Shown in pieces: positions 44,971-56,800 of a DNA stretch of 64,000 bases (positions are counted from its first letter, which is position 1; each line of letters starts with the position of its first letter). The notes under the pieces were generated by a model. That model was not told where the DNA came from, ran no database searches, and saw nothing but the letters and a program-made list of their open reading frames with translations. The DNA lies in the NCBI GenBank assembly GCA_002269645.1, contig NIVC01000934.1, positions 124,001 through 188,000 on the forward strand, given 5' to 3'. The translations under genes and the position numbers were made by a program. The DNA is from Macrostomum lignano (Eukaryota).

Positions 44971-45420
44971 TCTGCGCCTGTTCTTCTCTGCCTGATTTCC
45001 CACACTTCATTCTAGTTGCATATCGCAATCAAGCTGAATTATTAGAAACAAGAATGCAGAAAATATTTTTAATTTCCACGGCGCACCGCAGCTGCGCAAA
45101 AGCGCGCCGAAATTTGCTACAAATAAATTTTTTCAACCTCTCGAATTTTAATTTCTATCGTTTCCGACTTTTTAAACCCGGTGGAATCTGCGCACCAAAA
45201 ATTGAAAACCTACGGCCGGCTCCTGACCCACCTCTCGAAGCTCATTGAAAAATGGGACAATTTTAATCCGAGAGCGCCGCTGTATTGAACTTCAAATGCA
45301 CTCAAGTGGCGCCGCACATTTTCTCTTGAATTGCCTGCCTGACCCGCGCTATACTACTCGCCTAATTCTAACAAGTAGAAAGTTGCGCTTTTATAGTGCT
45401 TTTTTTAATCAGAATTAAAT

Positions 45421-45830
45421 TCAAAGACCACGGGCAGCTGGTGCTGTGGTGTCGAGCAGGGAGATCCAGTGGTCCTCAGTGTGGTGTTCCCCCCTCCACC
45501 TCCAGAGTCCAGAAGGTGGATGTTCGCTCGTCCGGTTAGGCAGAGATGAGCTAGCAGAAATTCTCGGGTCTGAAAACGTCGGAAAGGTCCGGGTTTGGGC
45601 CGAGGTAGGTGAGCCTGTCCTGAGTAAAGGCGGGGCAGTCACAGATGAAGTGCTCCGCATTCTCGACACAGGAGAGGCAGAATGGGCATTCCTCTCTGCG
45701 GATTTTCCCTGGAAGGTGACGATGCCTGGCAAAACAGCCATTCCCGGAAGGGCCATGGTCTCCGCCCTGATGTCCCTGCGGTTGAGTCCAAGCAGGGCTC
45801 TGCGGAGGGCGGGCGATCAAATGTACTCAA
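45421..45830 (-). mobile_element. Degenerate 3' fragment of a non-LTR retrotransposon ORF2 (C-terminal Cys/His motif)
   Basis: Frameshifted translation LGLNRRDIRA..M..SGNGCFARHRHL.GKIRREECPFCLSCVENAEHFICDCPAFTQDRLTYLG matches the TGH...C-x2-C...E-x2-EH-x3-C-P-A-x4-R-x3-G end typical of RNase H-bearing LINE clades (I/LOA/R1-like). Confidence 0.8.
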
Positions 45831-46501
45831 GTATTTTCAGTTTAATTGCCTGACCTACGTTATACTACTCGCCTGATTCTAAAAAAGTATAAAGTTGCGC
45901 TTTTATTGCGCTATTTTATCCAAATCACTGATATTTAAAGTCGATTGCTTAGTTCTATTCGTCAGAATGAATTGGGGCTCTGCAGGGAAATTGTGGCTCG
46001 GGCCCTAAGCAACAAAAATTAATAAATTTGCTCTTTCACGAATTCGATTACCTTCGTTTTAAGAAGCTGAAACTTTCCTATTTAACGAGATGCATTGTTC
46101 ATTCGACTAGTAGTCTGTAGCGAATATTAGCGCTAAACTTATTCAATCAGGGCTGGTTAGAGAGCTCATTTAGAGCACCTCACCAGTTAACTATAAGCTG
46201 TAAAAGCTGTGTGTCAGCCCGCATTTTCCAGCTGCAAAGCCGAACTCCGAGACGGGGCCACAAAAGCAGTTGATGAGGCTGGGTTGCAGCAGCATGGATT
46301 CTCTGCGGTGAGCGCAGAGAATGAGGTTGAGTTGAGTTACAACCGCAGAGAGAGGAGAGACGCACCCATACAGCCAATTTGGTAATATCCATGGAGTCTG
46401 AAAAGCCAACCTCATTGAAGAACAGAACTGAGTTACAGCTGCGGCCTGCTCAACCCAGTTGCTTCATCAAAAACTCCACGGCCTTGTGTGCGAGCTGAGT
46501 A

Positions 46502-46506
<5 letters not shown>

Positions 46507-46540
<34 letters not shown>
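46507..46540. repeat. (CT)n tract just upstream of the plakin gene (possible GAGA-type promoter element)
   Basis: Direct inspection; the regulatory role is inference. Confidence 0.6.
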
Positions 46541-46543
<3 letters not shown>

Positions 46544-46860
46544 GAGTCACAGCCCCCACCCTTGTCCAACACCCTCACAAAGTTCGAGCGAGAGCATCGA
46601 ACAGAAAAATTTGCAGATCTTTTTTCCACTTATATAGCAGGAGCAGCCACAGCGGAACACTGGGAGACCTCGGCAGCCACAGCGGAAGCAGCAATAACTG
46701 CAGCAGAACTTCAGCCAGAGCATGCAGCGAGATGTGGACAATTTTCAGGGCCAGTTCGGGGTGAGTATCTGCTGCTCTAAAACACAGCGCTAAGCAAACA
46801 GAGGTGCTCTGCTGTCAAAAAGCAGAAGATGTAGAGAACAGATGAGCTTGAAGCAGAGCC

Positions 46861-49800
46861 ATGAGCACTTTATCCAGCTCCATTCACTCGTCCGCTGAAC
46901 TGCAGAGTCTGGTGCGGACCATCGAGGACCGAGTTGACGACCTGGTGGCCCAGGCGAAGGTGGACCGGCAGCTGCAGCAGCTGAACCCGCAAGAGACCGA
47001 GGCAGTTTGGTCGGACAAGCAGGTGAGTTTGAGGGGGGGGGGCATAACAAAGCCGAAAAATCACAACTCCGAAAAGCGCTTTCCATCATAAACCCGAAAA
47101 ATCACAAACCCGAAATATCATAACTCCGAAAGTTCTAGCAATGTCCAACACTATTTCAGTTTTCGGAGTTGTGACTTTTCGGGTTTGTGATATTACGGGT
47201 TTATGATGTGCGTTGCTATCAATTTCGGAGTTGTGATTTTTCGGGTCTGTGATATTTCGGGTTTGTGATATTTCGGGTTTGTGATTTTTCGAGTTTAGCT
47301 CGTATGATGGCGACCCAGTTTGAGCCATGGACTTAATGGGGATGCCAACTTAGTCCCCTGGACCCCTAGATCCCTAGACCTAGACCCCTAGATCCCTAGA
47401 CCTAAACCCCTAGATCCCTAGAACTAGACCCCTAGATCTCTAGACCTAGACCCTTAGATCCCTAGACCTAGACCCCTAGATCCCTAGACCTAGATCCCTA
47501 GATCTCTAGACCTAGACCCTTAGATCCCTAGACCTAGACCCCTAGATCCCTAGACCTAGATCCCTAGATCCCTAGACCTAGACCCCTAGATCTCTAGACC
47601 TAGAGCCCTAGATCCCTAGACCTAGAACCCTAGATCCCTAGACCTAGACCCCTAGATCCCTAGAACTAGATACCTAGATCCTAGACCTAGACACCTAGAT
47701 CCCTAGAACTAGACACCTAGATTCTAGAACTAGACACCTAGACACCTAGATCCCTAGAACTAGACCCCTAGATCTCTAGACCTAGACCCTTAGATCCCTA
47801 GACCTAGACCCCTAGATCCCTAGACCTAGATCCCTAGATCTCTAGACCTAGACCCTTAGATCCCTAGACCTAGACCCCTAGATCCCTAGACCTAGATCCC
47901 TAGATCTCTAGACCTAGACCCCTAGATCTCTAGACCTAGAGCCCTAGATCCCTAGACCTAGAACCCTAGATCCCTAGACCTAGACCCCTAGATCCCTAGA
48001 ACTAGATACCTAGATCCTAGACCTAGACACCTAGATCCCTAGAAATAGACACCTAGATTCTAGAACTAGACACCTAGATCCCTAGAACTAGACACCTAGA
48101 TTCTAGAACTAGACCCTTGGATCCCTAGACCTAGACCCCTAGATCCCTAGACCTAGACCCCTAGATCCCTAGACCTAGACCCCTAGATCCCTAGACCTAG
48201 GGGTAGGCCTAGGCCTAGGCTCTAGACCTAGACCCCTAGATCCCTAGACCTAGACCCCTAGATCTCTAGACCTAGACCCCTAGATCCCTAGACCTCCCTA
48301 GATCTCTAGACCTAGATCTCTACATCCCTAGACCTAGACCCCTAGATCTCTAGACCTAGACCCCTAGATCCCTAGAACTAGACCCCAGATGTAAGGAAAT
48401 GCTTCTATTTTTAGTAGAACGTGAAAATTCGTTTCTTAGAAAATCTTTGCAAATAGGTCTGTTAATATGGCTTTCTTTGAGGGGAGCGCAGAGCATCTCA
48501 GCGATAAGCACGTGTTGCTCTCGCACCAGGACCCACTGGTTCGACATTCATTTTAAGCTTGCGTGCTCAAAAATTCGCCCCAGGGGGTTGTCGTGCGATT
48601 CACAGCCATGATGAAGGCCAGACTCCAAGGCAAAATATATTTTACATACCTGAAAATTAGAAAGTCAGGGCTGCTGTACACCCTGTGTGCACGAGTTCGT
48701 GCCTGCGTGCGTGCACTCGCGTGTGCTCAGGAGGCAGTGGAATGGGCAGAATCGCCTCAGCGCCGACGGCGTTGCGCCAGGGTGCCTGCAGCCCTCCTGC
48801 AGCCATCATCTCAGCTCGAAATTTTCCTTTCGAGTCGAGTCGTCCTTTGTGTAAAAAATAACACTCTGAGGCTCCAACCGCACCGCAGAACTCCCTGGCC
48901 GCTCTGAAGTCCGATTGGGCCCGGGTGAAAAACCTGGCCAAATGCCTGGACAGGCAAATGGAGCACCAGTCCAACTATCACCTGGTAATGCGGGGCCGTC
49001 TGGCAAAGGTGGAGTGAACAGGAGTAGAACAGGAGTAGAACAGGAGTAGAACAGGAGTAGAACAGGAGTAGAACAGGAGTAGAACAGGAGTAGAACAGAA
49101 GTAGAACAGGAGTAGAACAGGAGTAGAACAGGAGTAGAACTGGAGTAGAACAGGAGTAGAACAGGAGTAGAACAGGAGTAGAACAGGAGTAGAACAGGAG
49201 TAGAACAAGAGTAGAACAGGAGTAGAACAGGAGTAAGACAGGAGTAGAACAGGAGTAGAACAGGAGTAAGACAGGAGTAGAACAGGAGTAGAAAAGGAGT
49301 AGAACAGGATACTATGCACCACCCCCGCAGTTCTACCAGACGCTCAAGGAATACCAATCCAGCTTGGAAGCCGCATTCGCTTCCTTCCGGACAGCCCTGG
49401 CCGGACAAAATTTCTCGGGCACCAAGGACGAAGCCAAGTGGCTGTTCGAGCAGATGCAGGTACGGGGCCTGCGTGTTGACTGGACTTTTAACTACTTGTC
49501 TCCTGCATGCAACTGTATCCATTTCCAATTTGTTTGATTCTTCAATCCCAAAAAATGTCCAACAGTCCCAAAGTCTCTCCAACAGTCCCAATGTCTCTCC
49601 AACAGTCCCAATGTCTCTCCAACAGTCCCAATGTCTCTCCGACAGTCTTAATGTCTCTCCAACAGTCCCAATGTCTCTCCAACAGTCCCAATGTCTCTCC
49701 AACAGTCCCAATGTCTCTCCAACAGTCCCAATGTCTCTCCAACAGTCCCAATGTCTCTCCAACAGTCCCAATGTCTCTCCAACAGTCCCAATGTCTCTTC

Positions 49801-52800
49801 AACAGTCCCAATGTCTCTTTAACAGTCCCAATGTCTCTCCAACAGTCCCAATGTCTCTCCAACAGTCCCAATGTCTCTCCAACAGTCCCAATGTCTCTCC
49901 AACAGTTCCAATGTCTCTCCCACAGTCCCAATGTCTCTCCAACGGTCCAATGTCGCTCCAACAGTCCCAATGTCTCTCCAACGGTCTCAATGTCTCTCCA
50001 ACAGTTCCAATGTCTCTTCAAAAATCGCAAGTTCTAACTGTCAAAAAGTCAACGCTTTGCTCCCAACAACAATTAAATTTCCTCAGTCGCTCATCACGGC
50101 GGTGCTGCAGTGGTGGCAGCGCATCGACAGCCTCATCATTCAGAGCCGCAAGGTGCTGCCCATGGCCGCCCGCCTGGGACCGCTGGACATGAAGCGGCCG
50201 GGCAAAGTGCTAGTGGACTTTGAGACGAAAGAGGTGGGTTATTGAGCGGGTGGGTGATTGAGTGGGTGGGTGATTGAGTGGGTGGGTGAGTGAGTGGGTG
50301 GGTGAGTGAGCGGGTGGGTGATTGAGTGGGTGGGTGAGTGAGCGGGTGGGTGATTGAGTGAGTGGGTGAGTGGGTGATTGAGTGGTTAGGTATTTGTCTG
50401 GGTAGTCGTACCGGGTGATGGTGTGGGTGACGGTGTAAAAACGATGATAATTAGCTCTCACCTGAAATTCTCCCGCATCTCGCAGCTGACTCTGAAGGCC
50501 AACGACGACGTGTTCGTGGTGGACACCTCGGACCGCGACTCCTGGACGGTGGAGACGACCCGCGGCCAATCGATAAGCCTGCCGTCGATGTGCATCGCCA
50601 TCAGCGGCCCGGACCCGGAGGTGATGGAGCGGTCGCTGTCGGTGCGCACCTTCCTGCTGGCGGACTGGACCGCCACCCTCAGGGAGGTCGGCCGGGCGTT
50701 GGTGAGCTTCACGCTCAGCGTCTTCCGGCTGGCGCGGACGGCTGAGGTAGGCAATGGGGAACCCGTAGCCGTTAAAGTTTCCCATGGGGATGGGGAGCTG
50801 GGTCCGAGCCCTATCAGATGGGTATCTGAGTCGGAGATGGGGATCTGAATCGGAGAGATGGGGGTCTGAGTGGGGGATGGAAATCTGAGTCGGGGAGATG
50901 AGGATCTGAGTTGTAGATGGGGATCTGAGTCGAAAATGGGGATCTGAGTTGGGGAAATGGGGATCTGAGTCAGGGAGATGGGAATCTGAGTCGGAGATAA
51001 GGATCTGTGTCACAGATGGGGATCTGAGTCGGGGAGATGGGGATCTGAGTCGGGGAAGTGGGGATCTGAGTCGGAGATGGGGATCTGAGTCGGGGAAGTG
51101 GGGATCTGAGTCGGAGATGGGGATCTGAGTCGGAGATAAGGATCTGAGTCGGAGATGGGGATCTGAGTCGGGGAGATGAGGATCTGAGTCGGGGAGATGA
51201 GGATCTGAGTCGGGGAGATGAGGATCTGAGTCGGGGAGATGGGGATCTGAGTCAGAGATGTGGATCTGAGTAGGAGGAGGGGAATTAAGTTTGGCTGTTT
51301 GTGCAGGACTGTCTGATCCCGAATCCTCCCACACTCTCAGGTGGATCTGCCAACCGAGGACAGCCTGGACGGTCGCGAGCTCGAGCCCTGCTCGGCGTGA
51401 TGGAGAAGCTGCTGCAGACCTACTGGGCGAAGAACCCTGAGTTCTCTGACATGGCCGAGCGCATCAGCAAGGCCCGGGTGTCGCTGGCGATCTATGATGA
51501 CGCGCAGGACATCGACGACTGCACCCACATTGACATCAGTGAGCGCGGCTGGCTGGCGAGATTTGGCCTGCTTTTTTCTTACTTTCTACTGTAAGCAGGA
51601 TAATGGGAAAGCGACTTTCCGCCCGCAGACACGCTCTTCCTGCAGCTCAGCCCGCTCGCCATAACGGGCTCCAACTCCGAGGAGTCCGGCGGCGTGACCC
51701 AGAAGATGCTGACGCTGCTGATGCGCAAGTATCAGGAGCTACTCAAGTACTGGGAGGTGTACAAGGTGCTGGTGGAGACCTCTAACGATCCCAACTACTT
51801 CTGGATGATGGAGGAGTTTCAGAAGCTGCGCTACATCAACGTGACCGAATTGCTGAAGTACGTCTGACTGACTGACTGACTGACTGACTGACTGACTGAC
51901 TGACTGACTGACTGACTGACTGACTGACTGACTGACTGACTGACTGACTGACTGACTGACTGACTGACTGACTGACTGACTGACTGACTGACTGACTGAC
52001 TGACTGACTGACTGACTGACTGACTGACTGACTGACTGACTGACTGACTGACTGACTGACTGACTGACTGACTGACTGACTGACTGACTGACTGACTGAC
52101 TGACTGACTGACTGACTGACTGACTGACTGACTGACTGACTGACTGACTGACTGACTGACTGACTGACTGACTGACTGACTGACTGACTGACTGACTGAC
52201 TGACTGACTGACTGACTGACTGACTGACTGACTGACTGACTGACTGACTGACTGACTGACTGACTGACTGACTGACTGACTGACTGACTGACTGACTGAC
52301 TGACTGACTGACTGACTGACTGACTGACTGACTGACTGACTGACTGACTGACTGACTGACTGACTGACTGACTGACTGACTGACTGACTGACTGACTGAC
52401 TGACTGACTGACTGACTGACTGACTGACTGACTGACTGACTGACTGACTGACTGACTGACTGACTGACTGACTGACTGACTGACTGACTGACATTCACCC
52501 CTCAGCTTCCTGGCCAGCGAGGACAAAGAGACGTGGCTGCACTACATCCACCAGATGATGTCGCGCTCCAGTCGAGGGCGTCCCGAGCCGGTGGTGACCC
52601 CCGTCGGGCTCGAGCAGGACCTGGACATGCGGCCAGAGGACAGCCTTCGCCTGATGGAGCCGGCCCCATCCCTAGCATCTGGCGCTTCATCGCGGGTGCT
52701 CATCGATGCCACGGACGGGCGGACATTCGTACAGCCGGAGCAGAAGCCGCAGGTCGGCCGGGAGGTCACCGCGGAGCTCATCGTGTCGGACCCGGACTCG

Positions 52801-54828
52801 ACGGCTGAGAGTGAGCTCGGTTTGGTTTTGGCCAGCTGGCCACCAGATTATTCGGGTGTCAACCAACTTATTCGGGTAGAACCAACTTATTCGGGTAGCA
52901 ACTAGATTATTCGGGTAGCAACTAGATTATTCGGGTAGCAACCAGATTATTCGGGTAGCAACCAGATTATTCGGGTAGCAACCAGATTATTCGGGTGTCA
53001 ACCAGATTATTCGGGTAGCAAACCAGATTATTCGGGTAGCAACCAGATTATTCAGGTAGCAAACCAGATTTCGGTAGCAACCAGATTAATTCTGGTAGCA
53101 GCCAGATTATTCGGTAGCAACCAGATTATTCGGGTAGCAACCAGATTATTCGGGTAGCAACCAGATTATTCGGGTAGCAACCAGATTATTCGGGTAGCAA
53201 CCAGATTATTCGGTAGCAAATCCAGACCCAAAAGCCCTGCTCAAGCAGCTCACCTGTAAACCGGCTCTCCAGACGCTTCGAACGGCGACGCCGCCCCGGA
53301 GCAGCCGGAGCAGCAGGCCAGCTTCATCAGCACGGCCAGCCTTCAGGTGAACTTGGAGGAGGCAGCGGAGCGGCCGCCAACCCGGCTGGCTCGGAGGTGT
53401 CGGCGCGTCAGCAGCGGAGTCCGACAGCGCGTGGCGGCCCTCGGCGCAGCGTCAGCAACGCCAGCAGCGTCAAGGAGGCGACGGCCTCGCCAGTCAGGAG
53501 TGCCGAAGTCGAGGAGTTCAAGCGGGACGAGGTCGAGGAGAACTCCCGGATGGTCATCAGCGGCGTGGTGGACACCCTGGACGGGACCATGCTGTCCATG
53601 CAGGACGCCATTGAGCGGGGCATCATCCACTCGGAGTCTGGGTCCTACCTCAACAGGGCCAAGAACGTCTGGATCCCCATTCCTGTGGCCGTGGCTGAAG
53701 GTCAGCTCACCGATGCTCGACAGAACTGGAATCCAAGTTGAAATCCCCGATCACATCATCAGATCCCGAATCATGTCACCAGATCCCGAATCATGTCACC
53801 AGATCCCGAATTCCCAGATCCCGAATCCCCAGATCCCGAATCCCCAGATCCCGAATCCCCAGATCCCGAATCCCCAGATCCCGAATCCCCAGATCCCGAA
53901 TCCCCAGATCCCGAATCCCCAGATCCCGAATCCCCAGATCCCGAATCCCAGATCCCGAATCCCCAGATCCCGAATCCCCAGATCCCGAATCCCCAGATCC
54001 CGAATCCCCAGATCCCGAATCCCCAGATCCCGAATCCCCAGATCCCGAATCCCAGATCCCGAATCCCCAGATCCGAATCCCCAGATCCCGAATCCCCAGA
54101 TCCCGAATCCCCAGATCCCGAATCCCCAGATCCGAATCCCCAGATCCCGAATCCCCAGATCCCGAATCCCCAGATCCCGAATACCCATCACCAGATTTCG
54201 AACAATCTCATCTCATCCCATCGAGCAATCTTCGATCCCTCCCCAGATCCCAAATTGCAATTCCTGCATCCCGGACCCAGGTTTAATCCAGGTGGAGCGC
54301 CGGACAGAGGAGCGGCAGGAGGTGAAGAAGCAGCAGGTGTACGGCATCCTCACCATCAAGGGAGGCGGCGGCGGCGGCCGGCCGTCCTTCGTGGTGACCG
54401 CCGTGCACGACAAGCTGCGCCGCTCCAAGCTGACCCTGGCGGAGGCGCAGCAGAGCGGCCTGGCCGACGACTCGCTGACGAAGTTCCTCGACACGGAGCG
54501 GGACGAGTGGCTGGAGCTGAGCAGCGCAGCCGACCGCGGACTCATCGAATACGACGTCGGGCCAGCGAGCGGCGGCGGCGACAGCAGCGACGGCGGGGAG
54601 GTCAGCTACGTGGTGTACAGCGTCGTGGACGTCGCCGGCAAGACGAGCGTCTCGTTCAAGGAGGCCCGCGAGCGCGGCCTGATCAACGCCGAGGATGGCG
54701 CCTTCGTCAACAACGCCACAGGCGAGCGCCTCGAGCTGGAAGACGCCGTCAAGCGGGGATTCCTGAAGGCCGACCGGGTCACGGGGCCGGTGTCACAGGT
54801 GGCTGGGCCGAGGAGCGCGTGGTGGTGA
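46861..54828 (+). CDS. Plakin-family cytolinker (plakin spectrin repeats + SH3, C-terminal plectin repeats); N-terminus unresolved, apparent frameshifts
   Basis: Exons: 46861-47022, 48889-48984, 49331-49459, 50087-50233, 50486-50746, 51341-51538, 51629-51857, 52506-52810, 53273-53700, 54281-54828, all with AG/GT boundaries. Plakin-like motifs: WSDKQ; AALKSDWARVKNLAKCLDRQMEHQSNYHL|FY; KVLPM...VLVDFETKE|LTLKANDDVFVVDTSDRDSWTV...LPSMCIAISGPDP (SH3). Plectin repeats: ISGVVDTLDGTMLSMQDAIERGII; SFKEARERGLI...TGERLELEDAVKRGFL. The exons at 51341 and 53273 are each 1 nt short of the length needed to keep phase. Confidence 0.85.
47033..47297. mobile_element. Foldback element of 15-17-bp inverted subrepeats (aaatcacaaacccgaaa / tttcgggtttgtgattt)
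   Basis: Left-half subrepeats are the reverse complement of the right-half ones; starts with a G-run and resembles the 40659 element. Confidence 0.65.
47356..48388. repeat. CTAG-rich ~22-bp minisatellite (ctagacctagacccctagatcc)
   Basis: Direct inspection. Confidence 0.95.
49017..49308. repeat. 11-bp minisatellite (aacaggagtag) filling a plakin intron
   Basis: Direct inspection. Confidence 0.95.
49558..50018. repeat. 20-bp minisatellite (ccaacagtcccaatgtctct)
   Basis: Direct inspection. Confidence 0.95.
50246..50388. repeat. G-rich 16-bp array (gagtgggtgggtgatt / gtgagt)
   Basis: Direct inspection. Confidence 0.88.
50814..51268. repeat. 19-21-bp minisatellite (ggggatctgagtcggggagat)
   Basis: Direct inspection. 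Confidence 0.93.
51864..52491. repeat. Perfect (CTGA)157 microsatellite making up a whole intron
   Basis: 628 of the 648 nt of intron 51858-52505. Confidence 0.98.
52845..53222. repeat. 20-bp minisatellite (gcaaccagattattcgggta)
   Basis: Direct inspection. Confidence 0.93.
53760..54182. repeat. 15-bp minisatellite (cccagatcccgaatc)
   Basis: Direct inspection. Confidence 0.95.
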
Positions 54829-54896
54829 ACCGCCTGCGCAACGCCAAGCCGCATGCGTGGAGCTGTCAGAGCGATGAGAGGCTTCGGAGGGAACTG

Positions 54897-55230
54897 ACTT
54901 TATCCTCCCTGATCCTCTGATGAGGACTCTGGGACTCCATCCTCCCTGATCCTTTGATGCGGACTCTGGGACTCCATCCTCCCTGATCCTTTGATGCGGA
55001 CTCTGGGACTCCATCCTCCCCTGATCCTCTGATGCGGACTCTGGGACTCCATCCTCCCTGATCCTCTGATGCGGACTCTGGGACTCCATCCTCCCTGATC
55101 CTCTGATGCGGACTCTGGGACTCCATCCTCCCTGATCCTCTGATGCGGACTCTGGAACTCCATCCTCCCTGATCCTTTGATGCGGACTCTGGAACTCCAT
55201 CCTCCCTGATCCTTTGATGCGGACTCTGGG
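54897..55230. repeat. 37-bp minisatellite (actctgggactccatcctccctgatcctctgatgcgg) downstream of the plakin stop
   Basis: Direct inspection. Confidence 0.95.
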
Positions 55231-56199
55231 ACTTGGGATCGAACTGAAATGCTAACAAACCAAAGTTTGCATTGGTCATTTAGCCCTAAGTGTCTCAGCT
55301 TCTTCGTATCCTTCTCCATCGTGATTATTGCTTAATCCTTCATTATTAACCCAAGTCCATTCGCGCTAATCCTTTGCTTGCGAAAAAAATTGATAGCAGC
55401 CTACACGTACGCACACCAATTAAAAGTTGTCCATTTTTTAGCAAATATTGCAGACTTTAGTAAAGCTAAACATACAACTTATAAAAACGCTTAGACAATT
55501 TTATTTGCTTTTCCTCGCATTTCTACTTACAGTAGACGTTGAGAACCTGTGAAGAATTTTAGCGGACACTGCATCGAAATCCACTCCAACAACAGCCTGG
55601 CATGCATCTCAAGAGCTAAAGGAAAAAACCTGGGCGTTAGTCACCGGCAAATCCCTACTGCTCCACCCAAAAATCCCCAACCCTCCTCAGTTCCCCAGTT
55701 CAATCTCCGGCAGTTCCTCTGGCTGGCTACTCATATCAATTCCATCTTATATCAGATTTCTGAATTTTTTCTTTCCTAAAAGCAAGAAAAGCTGGGGAAA
55801 ACCAGCAGGCAGGCAAGCGGAAGCAGCAAGGGCAACATTTTGCTTCTCTAAGCAGAGCTGGGCATTAATGCCACACAGAAATCGTTCGCGTGCCTCCCAG
55901 CCCTGAAATCGGCTTCGAAAAAATGAAATCTGCTTCAATTCCGCTTCAAGCAATTAAAATGTTGCGACTGCCCCCCATTCATTTCTGCTTCTTCGAGACA
56001 GAACTCGTGACTCACCCTCTTGAAGCCGGAAAATGAAAGCCGGGCCTCCCCGCCTCAGACTGACGACCCCGGCTCGGACTTCTCTGTCAGCACCTCCGCC
56101 CGGCACCCTTCCTCTCCCGCCTGCGACTATCCAGCCCTGCTGTCTCAGCACCTTCCTCATGTCGCTCCTGTCCACTCTCATATTGATTCTGCCGTAATG

Positions 56200-56800
56200 T
56201 CCATCTCATCCCCTCTCATCCCCTCTTATCCCCTCTCATCCCATCTCATCCCATCTCACCCCCTCTCACCCCTCATCCCCCTCACCCCTTCTCATCCCAT
56301 CTCACCCCCTCTCACCCCCTCTCACCCCATCTCATCCCATCTCATCCCATCTCACCCCCTCTCACCCCTCATCCCCTCTCACCCCATCTCATCCCATCTC
56401 ACCCCCTCTCACCCCCTCTCACCCCATCTCATCCCATCTCACCCCTCTCACCCCTCTCATCTCGTCTTGTTCCCTCTCATCCCATCTCATCCCCTCTCAC
56501 CCCCTCTCATCCCATCTCACCCCCTCTCACCCCCTCTCACCCCCTCTCACCCCCTTTCATCCCATCTCATCCCATCTCACCCCCTCTCATCCCCTCTGAT
56601 CCCCTCACATCCCCTCTCACCCCCCTGATCCCCTCTCATTCCCTCTCATCCTCTCACCATATCTCGTCCTCTCTCATCTCCTCTCATCTAATCTCATCCC
56701 CTCACATCCCCTCTCACCCCCTCTGATCCCCTCTCATTTCCTCTCAGCCTTTCTCATCTTCTCTCATCCTCTCTCATCCGCTTTCATCCCCTCTGACCCC
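56200..56800. repeat. C/T-rich low-complexity ~10-bp array (cccctctcat/cac)
   Basis: Direct inspection. Confidence 0.9.

Noticed and set aside
48356-48974. ORFs 48356-48547(-), 48563-48907(+) and 48657-48974(-) as a nested gene or the ~45-aa plakin segment expected between WSDKQ and NSLAAL
   Set aside because: No recognisable domain and no AG/GT-bounded phase-0 exon with plakin similarity; a missing exon cannot be excluded.
55954-56181. Minus-strand ORF ending at a GTGAGT donor (56015)
   Set aside because: An isolated splice signal with no linked exons or homology.
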